A model generated the notes under the pieces. The model worked only from the letters and a program-made list of their open reading frames with translations, did no database searches and was not told the DNA's origin. From positions 160,001 to 224,000 of the forward strand of contig CBDCVK010000008.1 of assembly GCA_965223005.1 (NCBI GenBank): 64,000 nucleotides of DNA, given 5' to 3'. Position 1 is the stretch's first letter, and each line of letters opens with the position of its first letter. This DNA is from Terriglobia bacterium (GTDB taxonomy: Bacteria; Acidobacteriota; Terriglobia; JAJPHL01; JAPKYU01). Shown here in pieces: positions 53,023 to 62,420 of this stretch. The position numbers were made by a program, and so were the translations under genes.

Positions 53023-55125
53023 TCAGAAGAATCGAATCCGATACGTAAAGCGAATTCCACGCCCAATTTCCGGCGCGAAGTTCTTGATGAAAGAGGTGTG
53101 ATTTCGATAGAGCCGATCGGCGATATTGAAGACGTTCACCGCGAACTGATGCACAATACGCCTTCGTGCAATCGTGTAGGAGGCCTTCAGGTTGACCACG
53201 GTGTAGCCGGGCGTCCGCTCCTCTCCGCTAAAGGTTTGGTGCTGGCCATTGGCTAGGATCACTTCCGGCCTTACACTCAGGTCCCGATAGCGGAAGTCAA
53301 AACCCACCCTGCCGCGAAGCGGCGGGATGCGTGGCAGGGGGTTGTGATTGACTGTTTCCTGCGCGTCTACAAAATCCATCCCCAGGTTCAGCCATAGGTT
53401 GTTGTGAAGTCCAAAGTCCAAGTTCGCCTCCGCTCCCAGGAAGCGGCTATCGAGCTGGGTGAACTTGATGACGCGCAGACCCTCCCTGACCTCACCGGTG
53501 GCGAACGGAAAAACGAAGTTGTCGAAGTTGTAATGGAAAGAGTTCAGTTCGCCCCGCAACTTGCTGCCCCTCTGGCGAAGCGAGACCTCCACACCGTTGC
53601 CGATCTCGGTCTCGAGATCTGGATCGCCGATTTCAAAGGAGAGGGTGCCAACGTGGGGACCGAAGTTGTAGAGCTCTTCCAGAGCCGGCGCGCGGGACGA
53701 ATGGGCATAGTTGACTACCAGGGCGCCGTCCCGCCATAAGCCGAGGTGGACGCCGGCCGCCGCCGAAGCTCCGGTGAACGTGCGCTTCGGCAATCCAAAT
53801 GCACGTGGGTCGCCCACCAGCGCCTTTGGTTGATAGCTGGTCCTCTCCAGTCGGCCGCCGAACTGGAGCTTGACGCGTTCGAACTCGAGTTCCTCGAGCC
53901 CGAACACAGCAAACGCGTTCTGGTCCACCGGAGGGGAAAGCGCTTCTTCCCCTCGGACGTCGTAATCGCGCGCAAGGCCCCAGAAGCCAAACCGCCCGGT
54001 GAGCGGACCGACCTTGGATTGCTCAAAAGAACCCCGGTAAACAAATTGCTCCTGGTTGAAGTTGGTTCCCGCCTCGCGCCCGCCATCGGTGAAAATCCCA
54101 ATCTCGTCGTGTTCCCACTGGGTGAAATTCAGCTTCAGGGCAAAGTTGTCGATTGCCGAACCCAGCTTGCGAAGGCGCCAGTTGAACTGATAGGACTGGC
54201 GCTGCGAGTCCAGCTCGATTCTCTCAACTTCTCTTTCTTTGGGGTCCTCGCTTTCCTCCTCCTGGGTCCCGAACTGTTCAGCAAACGGCACACCGTAAAC
54301 GCCGTCATCTACGTGGATGCCAAAGCTGAGGAAGTTCCTGTTTCCATACCAGCCAACACCGCCGTAGGCATTGGCCACGCGGGTTCCGGAGTTAAAGACT
54401 TTGCCTTCCGGAGTGCTGTAGTCGCCACTTCGCTGGCCGCCTCCACCGCCCCAGATCATCCATTTACCGATCCCATACTCGAAACCACCCGTGCTGCCGC
54501 CAAACGCGTTGGCCGAGCCCCCAGTGCCGGAAACGTGGCCTCGCAACCCTGCGTGTGGGTGTTGGTGCACCGCGTGATGGCGTGTGATGGCGTTGACGAC
54601 GCCTCCCAAAGCGTTGCTGCCGTAAAGCAGAGTCGCAGGCCCCTTCACGATTTCCACCCGGTCCAGAGCCGCCGTATTCATCAGCTCTCCGTGATCGCCC
54701 GACTGCGAGGAAAGAGTTCCGGTACGAATCCCATCTTGCATAATCAGCACGCGGTCCCCGTCAAATCCGCGCACGATGGGCCGCGAGTTCCCCGGACCAA
54801 AGCTGCGTGCGGCAACGCCGTTGCCGGGCCGGCTAGCCAGGACCTCGCCGATCCCCGGCGCGATTGAGTCGGCCAGGTCAAACGAAGTCTGCAAGGTGAC
54901 GCTCTGAAAGGATTCAAAGGCTGTTTCCTTGCGTCCGCTGGCAGTGACCGTGAGTTCATACCGCTCGGGGGCGACCTCAAGCGCGAAATTCGCCGTGACT
55001 ACCAGGTTGAAATCGTCATCATGAAATAGGCCGGGCGAGAAGGCAGCGGTGGTGATGACGAGCAACGCCAACCCAGCCATAAGAGTGGCCACCTTCATAG
55101 CGGTCCGGGTTACGTTGGTCTTCAT
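53023..55125 (-). CDS. TonB-dependent receptor, ZnuD-like metal uptake type
   Basis: RSFGPGNSRPIVRGFDGDRV, SQSGDHG, EIVKGPATLLYGSNALGGVVN, GPHVGT..FEIG, YRNHTSFIK, C-terminal Phe. Confidence 0.88.
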   Translation of the reverse strand: MKTNVTRTAMKVATLMAGLALLVITTAAFSPGLFHDDDFNLVVTANFALEVAPERYELTVTASGRKETAFESFQSVTLQTSFDLADSIAPGIGEVLASRPGNGVAARSFGPGNSRPIVRGFDGDRVLIMQDGIRTGTLSSQSGDHGELMNTAALDRVEIVKGPATLLYGSNALGGVVNAITRHHAVHQHPHAGLRGHVSGTGGSANAFGGSTGGFEYGIGKWMIWGGGGGQRSGDYSTPEGKVFNSGTRVANAYGGVGWYGNRNFLSFGIHVDDGVYGVPFAEQFGTQEEESEDPKEREVERIELDSQRQSYQFNWRLRKLGSAIDNFALKLNFTQWEHDEIGIFTDGGREAGTNFNQEQFVYRGSFEQSKVGPLTGRFGFWGLARDYDVRGEEALSPPVDQNAFAVFGLEELEFERVKLQFGGRLERTSYQPKALVGDPRAFGLPKRTFTGASAAAGVHLGLWRDGALVVNYAHSSRAPALEELYNFGPHVGTLSFEIGDPDLETEIGNGVEVSLRQRGSKLRGELNSFHYNFDNFVFPFATGEVREGLRVIKFTQLDSRFLGAEANLDFGLHNNLWLNLGMDFVDAQETVNHNPLPRIPPLRGRVGFDFRYRDLSVRPEVILANGQHQTFSGEERTPGYTVVNLKASYTIARRRIVHQFAVNVFNIADRLYRNHTSFIKNFAPEIGRGIRFTYRIRFF

Positions 55126-55205
55126 GACGAGAGTGGCTAACTCAGCCCTGAGGAGCGACGCCGACAAACCAGCCCGGGCGTCCCTGAGGACGACGCTTAT
55201 AAGTT

Positions 55206-55234
55206 ATTCTATCATGGGGACTTCTGCCTGTCAA
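55206..55234 (-). promoter_or_regulatory. sigma70 promoter of the TonB receptor
   Basis: Minus strand TTGACA, 17-nt spacer, TAGAAT with extended TG. Confidence 0.75.
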
Positions 55235-55295
55235 GCAACATCGCGCGCCGTCAAGCGTTGCGTGGCTTGAAGCCTTTGCCGGATCTGCGGAGGAA

Positions 55296-56099
55296 TCAGT
55301 ACAGGACCTGGTCCTCGCCCTTCTGAGCGATGAGGTTATCGAAGCGAGCCACGATTTTGTCGCGCCGCTTCATCAGGGCTTTGACTTCCGATGCGTTCAG
55401 GTGAGGCTGCGTCTTCTCCCGAACCTCGGCCGCGCTCAACTGCTGCAGCTTCTCGAGCAACTGCCGGTCGCACTTAACTAAACCCTTGGGGCTCCGCAGC
55501 TCGTGATGCCAGCGGAAGGCGCGCGTAAAGTCAATCATCCAGACCTTCCAGTCCTCAGTGATCAGCAGGTTTCCCAGGTTGCGGTCGGTGTCATGGACAA
55601 GCTGGGAGAACACCCGCACCCTGTGGATCTGTCGGTTCCAGGCTTCCGGGTCGGGCGGCTGTAGCTTTTTCAGAAAGCGATCCCGCTCGTGCCACTTAAA
55701 GGTGACCCACCAGCTCAGCGCGCCGGTCTTGCCAGCCCATTTACGCGCCACTGTCACCGGCATCATGTGCGTCAGGCCGAGTAGCCCGGCTAGCTCGTAG
55801 GCGGCAATGTTGAAGTGGTAGGAGTCGCGGAAGTTTGGCTCAGCGTGACCGGCGGGCCTGCGTTCGTCAATGGACTGGAAGGCGGCGTCGTGCGTCAGCG
55901 TGCCGTCCGTCAGCGTCAGCCGCCATGGAGCGGTGACGCCTCGGCTGAGCTGTCGGCTGCGGATCACTTTGGCCGTCAGCAGGAATTGTTGTGTTCGCTC
56001 TGGTGTAAGGTTCGGCTCTTCCGCAGCAACCAGGAAGCCGGCGGCGACCAGGCCGGCCAGCGCGGCCCCGAGCAACGCTCCTGAAGGACGGCACGACAT
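55296..56099 (-). CDS. Secreted atypical kinase-like protein (PI3/4-kinase/HipA-like fold)
   Basis: Signal peptide; NIAAYEL..LLG...PVTV.R, DTDRNLGNLL, WMIDFTRAF. Confidence 0.7.
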   Translation of the reverse strand: MSCRPSGALLGAALAGLVAAGFLVAAEEPNLTPERTQQFLLTAKVIRSRQLSRGVTAPWRLTLTDGTLTHDAAFQSIDERRPAGHAEPNFRDSYHFNIAAYELAGLLGLTHMMPVTVARKWAGKTGALSWWVTFKWHERDRFLKKLQPPDPEAWNRQIHRVRVFSQLVHDTDRNLGNLLITEDWKVWMIDFTRAFRWHHELRSPKGLVKCDRQLLEKLQQLSAAEVREKTQPHLNASEVKALMKRRDKIVARFDNLIAQKGEDQVLY

Positions 56100-56393
56100 C
56101 GAGCTCTCCCTGCTGCGCAGGTCTGTCTGCTGGGATGAACTTTACTCGCCTTTGGCGTCGTCCGCTGAACCGATTCCGTGTCGCCGGTCGCTCCCCCGTG
56201 GCCGTCAGCAGGAATTGTTGTGTTCGCTCTGGTGTAAGGTTCGGCTCTTCCGCAGCAACCAGGAAGCCGGCGGCGACCAGGCCGGCCAGCGCGGCCCCGA
56301 GCAACGCTCCTGAAGGACGGCACGACATCGAGCTCTCCCTGCTGCGCAGGTCTGTCTGCTGGGATGAACTTTACTCGCCTTTGGCGTCGTCCG
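55970..56393. repeat. Exact 195-bp direct repeat (55970-56164 and 56199-56393) separated by a 34-bp unique spacer
   Basis: Copies read identical by eye; period 229 bp matches the ORF starts at 56099 and 56328. Confidence 0.9.
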
Positions 56394-56592
56394 GCAACGC
56401 TAGACCTCTACCTGGCTTAGCGGCACCGGCGAAAGCTGCCAGCCGAAGTGGCAACTTGGACTCAGGATACACTTGCAATCCAAAAGGGAGCAGATTAGAT
56501 TGACGCCGACACCACGAACGGGCCTCTATTGTGGTAAAGCGTCCATTCCGGATTTCCACCACCGCGGCCCGGCCTTGCGCCTCCCGACGGTC

Positions 56593-59394
56593 ATGATCGG
56601 CTACCTTGAAAAAGCGCTGAACGTGCGCCGCCACGAGTTCGTGCCGGCCCTGCTGCTGTTCCTCTACCTGTTTCTGGTGATCGCCTTCTACATGATGGGC
56701 CAGTCGGCGGGCGACGCCCTGTTCCTGAACGCCTTTCCCAATCATCTGCCCCACGCGATTATGGGTACGGCGCTGTCGAGCGGCCTCTTCGTTTGGGTCT
56801 ACATCCGCCTGTCGAACCGGCTACGGCTGGAACGGTTGATCACCGGATCGCTTCTGTTCTTTTCCCTGTCTTTTCTCCTGTTTTGGTGGCTGACGCACCT
56901 GCCCGGCAAGTTCGTTTACGCGCTGATTTACCTTTGGGTGTACACGGCGGCGGTGGTGGGCACGGCGACGGGATGGACGATGGCCAACTACGTGCTGACC
57001 ACGCGGCAAGCCCGGAGAGTCTTTGGCTTCATCGGCGCCGGCGCCATCCTGGGCGGGATTTTCGGCGGCTTCTTTACCAATGCGGCGACGCGTTACATGG
57101 CGACGCGGGACATGCCCTCAGAGACGTTGCTGCTGGCCATGGCCATTTCGCTGGGGATGTGCGTGCCGCTGGTCAAACTGCTGTTCTGGCGCACGCGGGA
57201 GCGGCTGGCCGAGCTGAATCTGACCCCGAGCGCGGGCGAGCAGTCCCCCAAGAACCTCCTCGAGAGCCTGGCGCTGCTTCGTGGCTCCAGCTATTTGCTG
57301 CTGATTACTGCGCTGATCGTGATTGGCTCGGTGTCCACCACCATCATTGGCTATCAATTCAAGGTCATTGCCAAGGCCCATTACGGGACGGACAAGGCTG
57401 CGCTGACCGCTTTCTTCGGCCAATTCTACGGCTACATGGGCCTGGCTTCCTTCTTGCTGCAACTGATTCTGACCGGACGTTTGCTACGCTCCCTGGGCAT
57501 CCGGGTCACCCTGCTGATCCTGCCTTTCGTGTATTTGGCGGGAAGCATGCTCGTGTTGCTGGTTCCCACCCTGGTTTCGGTAGTGGTGCTCCGCGGCAGC
57601 CACAATCTGCTGCGCTACTCCCTGGACCGCTCCAGCACCGAACTGCTCTACCTGCCCATGGCGCCCGACATCAAGAGCCAGATCAAGTCGATTCTCGACA
57701 TTTTTATGTACCGGGTCGCCGATGGGGCAGCGGGCCTGGTGCTGTGGGTTTTCGCCAACCTGCTGCACTTCAGCCCCGGCCGCATCAGCCTGGTGAACTT
57801 TGTCTTCCTGGGGGGCTGGATCGGCATCGCGTACGGTGTCCGGCGAGAATACCTGAACGTGCTGCGGCGGGCCATCCAGCGCCACGCTTTGGATCCGGAA
57901 CGCACCGCGACCGGCATACTGGACGCCACCACGACCGGAGTGCTAGCGCTGGCACTGGAGCAGGGCGACGAGCAGCAAATCTTGTACGGGCTGAGCCTGT
58001 TTGAGGTGGGAGGCCAGCCCGGCCACCACCCCATGCTCCGCGACTTACTGGGACATCCCTCCCCTGCCGTTCGCCAGCGCGCTCTGCACCTGTTGAGCGA
58101 TACCGGCGACTTGGAAATCCTGCCCCAGGTGGAAATGATGCTGGCCGACGAATCGATTGAAGTGCGGACCGAGGCAATGCATTACCTTGTGGCGCACACC
58201 CAGATCGATCCCCTCAGCCTGCTAGGCAAGGAGACCGAACTTCCCGACTACTCGCTTCAGGGTTCTGTGGCGGCCTACCTGGCGCGGACGGAGGACCCGG
58301 AAAACTTGCAGGCGGCGCAGATCATTCTCCAGGACATGTTGAGTGGGACCGGCCCGGAGGCGGCGCGCGCGCGCACCGAAGCTGCCCGCGTGCTGGGGAC
58401 AATTCCGGCGCCCTCTCCGCTTCACTCCGAGCTATTGAACCTGTTGCGCGATGACGACCCTGATGTGGCCGGGCACGCTCTGCTGAGCGCCGGCAACATC
58501 CAGCGCCTCGAGTACCTGCCGCTGATCATTGAGAAGCTGGGACGGCGCCGCCTGGCCCCCGCCGCCCGCGCTGCTCTGGCTCAGTACGGCGAGCGCGCTG
58601 TGGGCACCTTGCAGGACTACCTCAACGACGAGGACGTCCCGCTGCCCGTCCGCAAGCAAATCCCTGGCGTGTTGGCCAGCATCCCCAGCCAGCAGTCGGC
58701 CGCGGTGCTGGCCAGCAGCCTCATCCAAGGCGAGCCCGGGCTGCGCTATGACGTGCTGAAAGCCATGAATAAACTTCGCCGCTCGCATCCGGCGCTGTTG
58801 GTGCCCAACGCGGAGCGCGAAGACGTGCTGCGGGCCGAGCTGATGGGCTACTACCGCTCCTTCCAGATCCTGGCCGCTGTGGACCCCCGCGCCAGCACGG
58901 CATCGCGGGCCCCGGGCAGCGAACCGTTGCTCTCCCGAGCTTTGCGCGAGCGCATGGATCACGAACTGGAGCGCATCTTCCGCCTGCTGGCTCTGCTGTA
59001 TCCGCCACGCGACATCCACAACGCCTTTGTCGGGTTGGCCTCCCCGCGCCCCCAGCTCCAAGCCAACGCCCTGGAGGTGCTGGAGAACCTGCTCCGCAAC
59101 GACCTCTACCGCCTTCTGGCCTACGTGCTGGATCCGGAGATGACCCTGCAGCAGAAGCTTGGCTTTGCCCGTCGGCTCGTCCACACTAGCGTGGACTCAC
59201 CAGCCGAGGCTCTGCGCATCCTGCTGCACTCGGAGGACCGCTGGCTGCGCGCCTGCGCCCTGCACGCGGTCGGCGAAGCTCGCCTGGTTGAGCTGTCCGC
59301 CGACCTACCCCACGTCTCCCGCGCCGGCGATGCGTTGCTCGAAGAGACCTGGCACTGGACCAACGCCCGGCTGGCTCCTGCTGCTACTAGCTGA
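56593..59394 (+). CDS. NTT/TLC-like (Npt1/Npt2) MFS transporter fused to HEAT repeats
   Basis: About 12 TM helices with DALFL, W..ANYVLTTRQARRVFGFIGAGAILGG, LRYSLDRSSTELLYLP; helical HEAT-like C-terminal half. Confidence 0.82.
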   Translation: MIGYLEKALNVRRHEFVPALLLFLYLFLVIAFYMMGQSAGDALFLNAFPNHLPHAIMGTALSSGLFVWVYIRLSNRLRLERLITGSLLFFSLSFLLFWWLTHLPGKFVYALIYLWVYTAAVVGTATGWTMANYVLTTRQARRVFGFIGAGAILGGIFGGFFTNAATRYMATRDMPSETLLLAMAISLGMCVPLVKLLFWRTRERLAELNLTPSAGEQSPKNLLESLALLRGSSYLLLITALIVIGSVSTTIIGYQFKVIAKAHYGTDKAALTAFFGQFYGYMGLASFLLQLILTGRLLRSLGIRVTLLILPFVYLAGSMLVLLVPTLVSVVVLRGSHNLLRYSLDRSSTELLYLPMAPDIKSQIKSILDIFMYRVADGAAGLVLWVFANLLHFSPGRISLVNFVFLGGWIGIAYGVRREYLNVLRRAIQRHALDPERTATGILDATTTGVLALALEQGDEQQILYGLSLFEVGGQPGHHPMLRDLLGHPSPAVRQRALHLLSDTGDLEILPQVEMMLADESIEVRTEAMHYLVAHTQIDPLSLLGKETELPDYSLQGSVAAYLARTEDPENLQAAQIILQDMLSGTGPEAARARTEAARVLGTIPAPSPLHSELLNLLRDDDPDVAGHALLSAGNIQRLEYLPLIIEKLGRRRLAPAARAALAQYGERAVGTLQDYLNDEDVPLPVRKQIPGVLASIPSQQSAAVLASSLIQGEPGLRYDVLKAMNKLRRSHPALLVPNAEREDVLRAELMGYYRSFQILAAVDPRASTASRAPGSEPLLSRALRERMDHELERIFRLLALLYPPRDIHNAFVGLASPRPQLQANALEVLENLLRNDLYRLLAYVLDPEMTLQQKLGFARRLVHTSVDSPAEALRILLHSEDRWLRACALHAVGEARLVELSADLPHVSRAGDALLEETWHWTNARLAPAATS

Positions 59395-59412
59395 GGCCAC
59401 TTAAGGATCGCC

Positions 59413-59823
59413 ATGCTGACTGTCCTCGAGAAGGTGAATATCCTGCAGAAGGCCCCCCTCTTCCATGAAGTCCCCACCGAAAGCCTGGCCCGGCTGGCAG
59501 CTTTGGCCCAAGAGGTTCGCTATGAGGCGGGCAGTCTGCTGTACCGGGAGAACGACGCCGCCGACAGCATGTTTGCTCTGATGGAGGGCGAAGTGGTCCT
59601 GCTGCGGAATGGACAGGAGACGGAAAAGCTGGCCCCCCCTTCTGAGGTGGGGGCACTCACCCTGCTGGCCGACCAGCCCCAGCCGGACTCGGCCAGGGCC
59701 ACCCAGCCGACCCTCGCGCTGCAACTGGACCAGCAGGAGTTCTACGACGCCATGGCCGAGGACTTCAACCTCACCCGCGGCATCCTGCGTGCGCTGGCCC
59801 GGTCGGCGGCCACTGCCTCCTAA
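59413..59823 (+). CDS. Stand-alone cyclic nucleotide-binding domain protein
   Basis: LEKVNILQKAPLF, YREND.ADSMF..MEGEV; degenerate phosphate-binding cassette (VGALTLL...QPDSA). Confidence 0.82.
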   Translation: MLTVLEKVNILQKAPLFHEVPTESLARLAALAQEVRYEAGSLLYRENDAADSMFALMEGEVVLLRNGQETEKLAPPSEVGALTLLADQPQPDSARATQPTLALQLDQQEFYDAMAEDFNLTRGILRALARSAATAS

Positions 59824-59982
59824 CGTGGAAGGCGGCGGGGAGAGAGAGCAGGGGACCCGGACGCCCGAGAGCGCCGGGGATGCTTGCCGGCAAACATGCG
59901 TTGATCGGACTCGGCTACTGTAGCGCGGCGGTGGCTCGGCCCGTAGCCTGGATGCCGTTTACGGAGAGCCTACCATGCCAGC

Positions 59983-62412
59983 CTAAAGATATCCTTGGCG
60001 CTTTGTTCGCACGATCCAACAGAAAGCCAGAAAAGCGACCAAGTACCACGCGAAGCCGCTCCAGTAAGCCTTGGAAATGCCGAACTGCAATGCGATCACG
60101 ACCGCAAGCACCGAGGCACATACCGAGGTAGCTCCGTTGATCCCCCACAGCCAGGGTGTCAACTCGGCATACCCTTTGGACGCTGCCTTCATTCCGAGAG
60201 GGAAGGCCATCCCCATGAACAGTCCAATCGGGCAGAGGATTGCTGTCGCCACCAGAATTCGGACTGGCGTGACGGAGTCGTGGAAAAGGCGAATGAATTG
60301 CGGCGTGAGCAACCCAAAAAGCACCAGAGTGCAGAGCAGCAAGAGAAGCCGGCGCTGCCCTGATTTTTCCAAATCTGCGTTGTGGAGCTTTCCCGTAAGG
60401 AAGCTACCCACGCCACTGGACAAAAGCAAGGTGAAAAGGACAACGGAAAGACTGTAGGTCGGATGTCCCAGGTAAACAATTAGCCTCTGAAGTTGTGAAA
60501 TTTCCACCAACATGTAGCCAAATCCAATAGCGCCGAAGAACAGAAGCAGTGGAATCGCATCCTTGAGTGGCGCCCGCCCGCGGGCTAGCCAAAGCGGGAC
60601 AAAAATCGCAAGACAAGTCAGCACCAGCACGGTGATGAGCAGAATTCCCAGGATCAGCGTTCCTGCGGTCAGATACAGCGACGGGTTCAGCTGCCGCAGC
60701 TTCAAGTTGCCAACATCACGAAGCCGCGACACTTGAAAGAAGAAAGGGCTATCATCGGTGGGCGGCGCGACATTGAAAGGGAAAGTGGCAGTCAACTGAT
60801 CCAGTCCTTTTCCTGTAGCCAGTGTTGAAAAGGTGGTGTCGAGAGAGAATCTCGGACTGAGAACCACCTCGAACCGGAGCTTCCGAGAGACATCTTCGAT
60901 CGTCTCCAGGTCTTCCGGAGTAAATGGCACCTTGCTCACCAGCATCGTGCCGATTCCGGCCTCCATTTGGGCCGCGGGGAGATGCCTTACGATGACAATG
61001 TGCTTCTGGGGATCCTCCACTCCGGTTTGCGCCAATGACGCAGAGGCCAAGGAGGTGAGTCGATACAGCTCAACTGGATAATCACGATGATACCAGCGGG
61101 AGAAGCTGAGAACTCCACGGCTGGTCGTGCGGTCGAGGAAAAGTTTCCAAGCCTCGACAGTATAAAGCGAATTTTCGGTTAGCACGAAAGCGCCGGCAGC
61201 CGTTGCCGCCCAGGTGTCAGTCAGGGAAGCTTGAATAATATCAAACTGTTCCTGGTGCCTGGCAATGTAGCTTCGGGCCTCATCGTTGACGAACGTGACG
61301 CGGGGAATCCGGTCGAGATGACCGGTGAAGTCCCCGAACCGACCATTCACTGCGTCAATAATGTCCTCGTTGATCTCGACGGCTAAAACCGACTTCTGCC
61401 CGAACACCAGGGCCGAGAGGATGTCTCTTCCGCCCCCCGCGCCCACAACAAACACTCTGGACTCCGGCCTGATGTAGTGCACAAAATTAGTGACGTCATA
61501 CCGAAGATAATCTAGCTGGTCGAAATTACCGTCAAACGCGGTCAGAGTGGTTAAAGCGTTCGCGTCGATTGTTAAATAAAGTTGTCTCACCCGACGGCGA
61601 GTGGGATAAGCGGGACTCGGTCCCGTGAGGAACGGTTCCTCATAACCGTGGGGATCACCGGTCACAGTGATGCGCGAAAACGAATTCCACTTTTCATACA
61701 GTGGTGCAAAGTCTGCCAAGCCCTTCACTTGTTGCAGGTGCACCAAGGGACGGTGCTTCCACACCAGGATCGTGTTGACAATCGTAAAGGCAGCAAAAAC
61801 AATGCTGAAGATAACGGCCAACCTGAACAGTCCGCGACTGCCGGGTTGTCGCGCGAAGCAGGTAGCGCTTAACGAAGCCAAAAGCGCGACAACGAAGACC
61901 GCCGTCGGGCCGTCTGTAATCCGAAGAGTGTAGATGAACACAATGCAGCCGGCCGCCGCCCCCGCCAGGTCGACTGCGTAAAGTTTACTGATCTGCGCCG
62001 GAAATTTTGTCAGCGCCACGCTCACGCTGATGCCGCTGAATACGAACGGCACGGCGATGACGGCGTAGGAAACCGCTATGGAGAGGAGTTGGTAAAGGGA
62101 CGTAGGCGTGTTGAACGGCAAGCCGACGTGAATGAAAAAACTGACGATGGCGAGGATGCCGAAAATCAACGAGCCTCCCGCCAGATGCAAATGGGCCCGC
62201 CCGGGCGTAAAGTAGTTCGGCCGCAAGTAGACCAGGAGTCCGCCCACCGTCATACCGAACATGGCCAGCGAAACAGCCATAAAGGCGAAGTGGTACCACA
62301 TCGTGACACTGAAAATCCGTGTCAGCAGCACTTCGTAGAGCAAGGTGGCGAGCGTCACAAGGAAAAGGCCTGCGTAGGTTCCTGGGCTCGCTTCTGGTAC
62401 GGAGGTGCTCAT
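59983..62412 (-). CDS. Multi-pass membrane protein with spermidine-synthase-like SAM-binding domain
   Basis: TLLYEVLLTRIFS, LYAVDLAGAAAG, KWNSFSRI, VVGAGGGRD, AVEIN, DEARSYI, ENSLYTVEA, PTDDSPFFF, WLWGING. Confidence 0.82.
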   Translation of the reverse strand: MSTSVPEASPGTYAGLFLVTLATLLYEVLLTRIFSVTMWYHFAFMAVSLAMFGMTVGGLLVYLRPNYFTPGRAHLHLAGGSLIFGILAIVSFFIHVGLPFNTPTSLYQLLSIAVSYAVIAVPFVFSGISVSVALTKFPAQISKLYAVDLAGAAAGCIVFIYTLRITDGPTAVFVVALLASLSATCFARQPGSRGLFRLAVIFSIVFAAFTIVNTILVWKHRPLVHLQQVKGLADFAPLYEKWNSFSRITVTGDPHGYEEPFLTGPSPAYPTRRRVRQLYLTIDANALTTLTAFDGNFDQLDYLRYDVTNFVHYIRPESRVFVVGAGGGRDILSALVFGQKSVLAVEINEDIIDAVNGRFGDFTGHLDRIPRVTFVNDEARSYIARHQEQFDIIQASLTDTWAATAAGAFVLTENSLYTVEAWKLFLDRTTSRGVLSFSRWYHRDYPVELYRLTSLASASLAQTGVEDPQKHIVIVRHLPAAQMEAGIGTMLVSKVPFTPEDLETIEDVSRKLRFEVVLSPRFSLDTTFSTLATGKGLDQLTATFPFNVAPPTDDSPFFFQVSRLRDVGNLKLRQLNPSLYLTAGTLILGILLITVLVLTCLAIFVPLWLARGRAPLKDAIPLLLFFGAIGFGYMLVEISQLQRLIVYLGHPTYSLSVVLFTLLLSSGVGSFLTGKLHNADLEKSGQRRLLLLLCTLVLFGLLTPQFIRLFHDSVTPVRILVATAILCPIGLFMGMAFPLGMKAASKGYAELTPWLWGINGATSVCASVLAVVIALQFGISKAYWSGFAWYLVAFLAFCWIVRTKRQGYL

Positions 62413-62420
62413 CACGGAGG

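Noticed and set aside
55970-56393. CRISPR-like repeat-spacer-repeat
   Set aside because: The spacer is 34 bp, but the repeats are 195 bp of gene sequence, there are only two copies and no cas genes are present.
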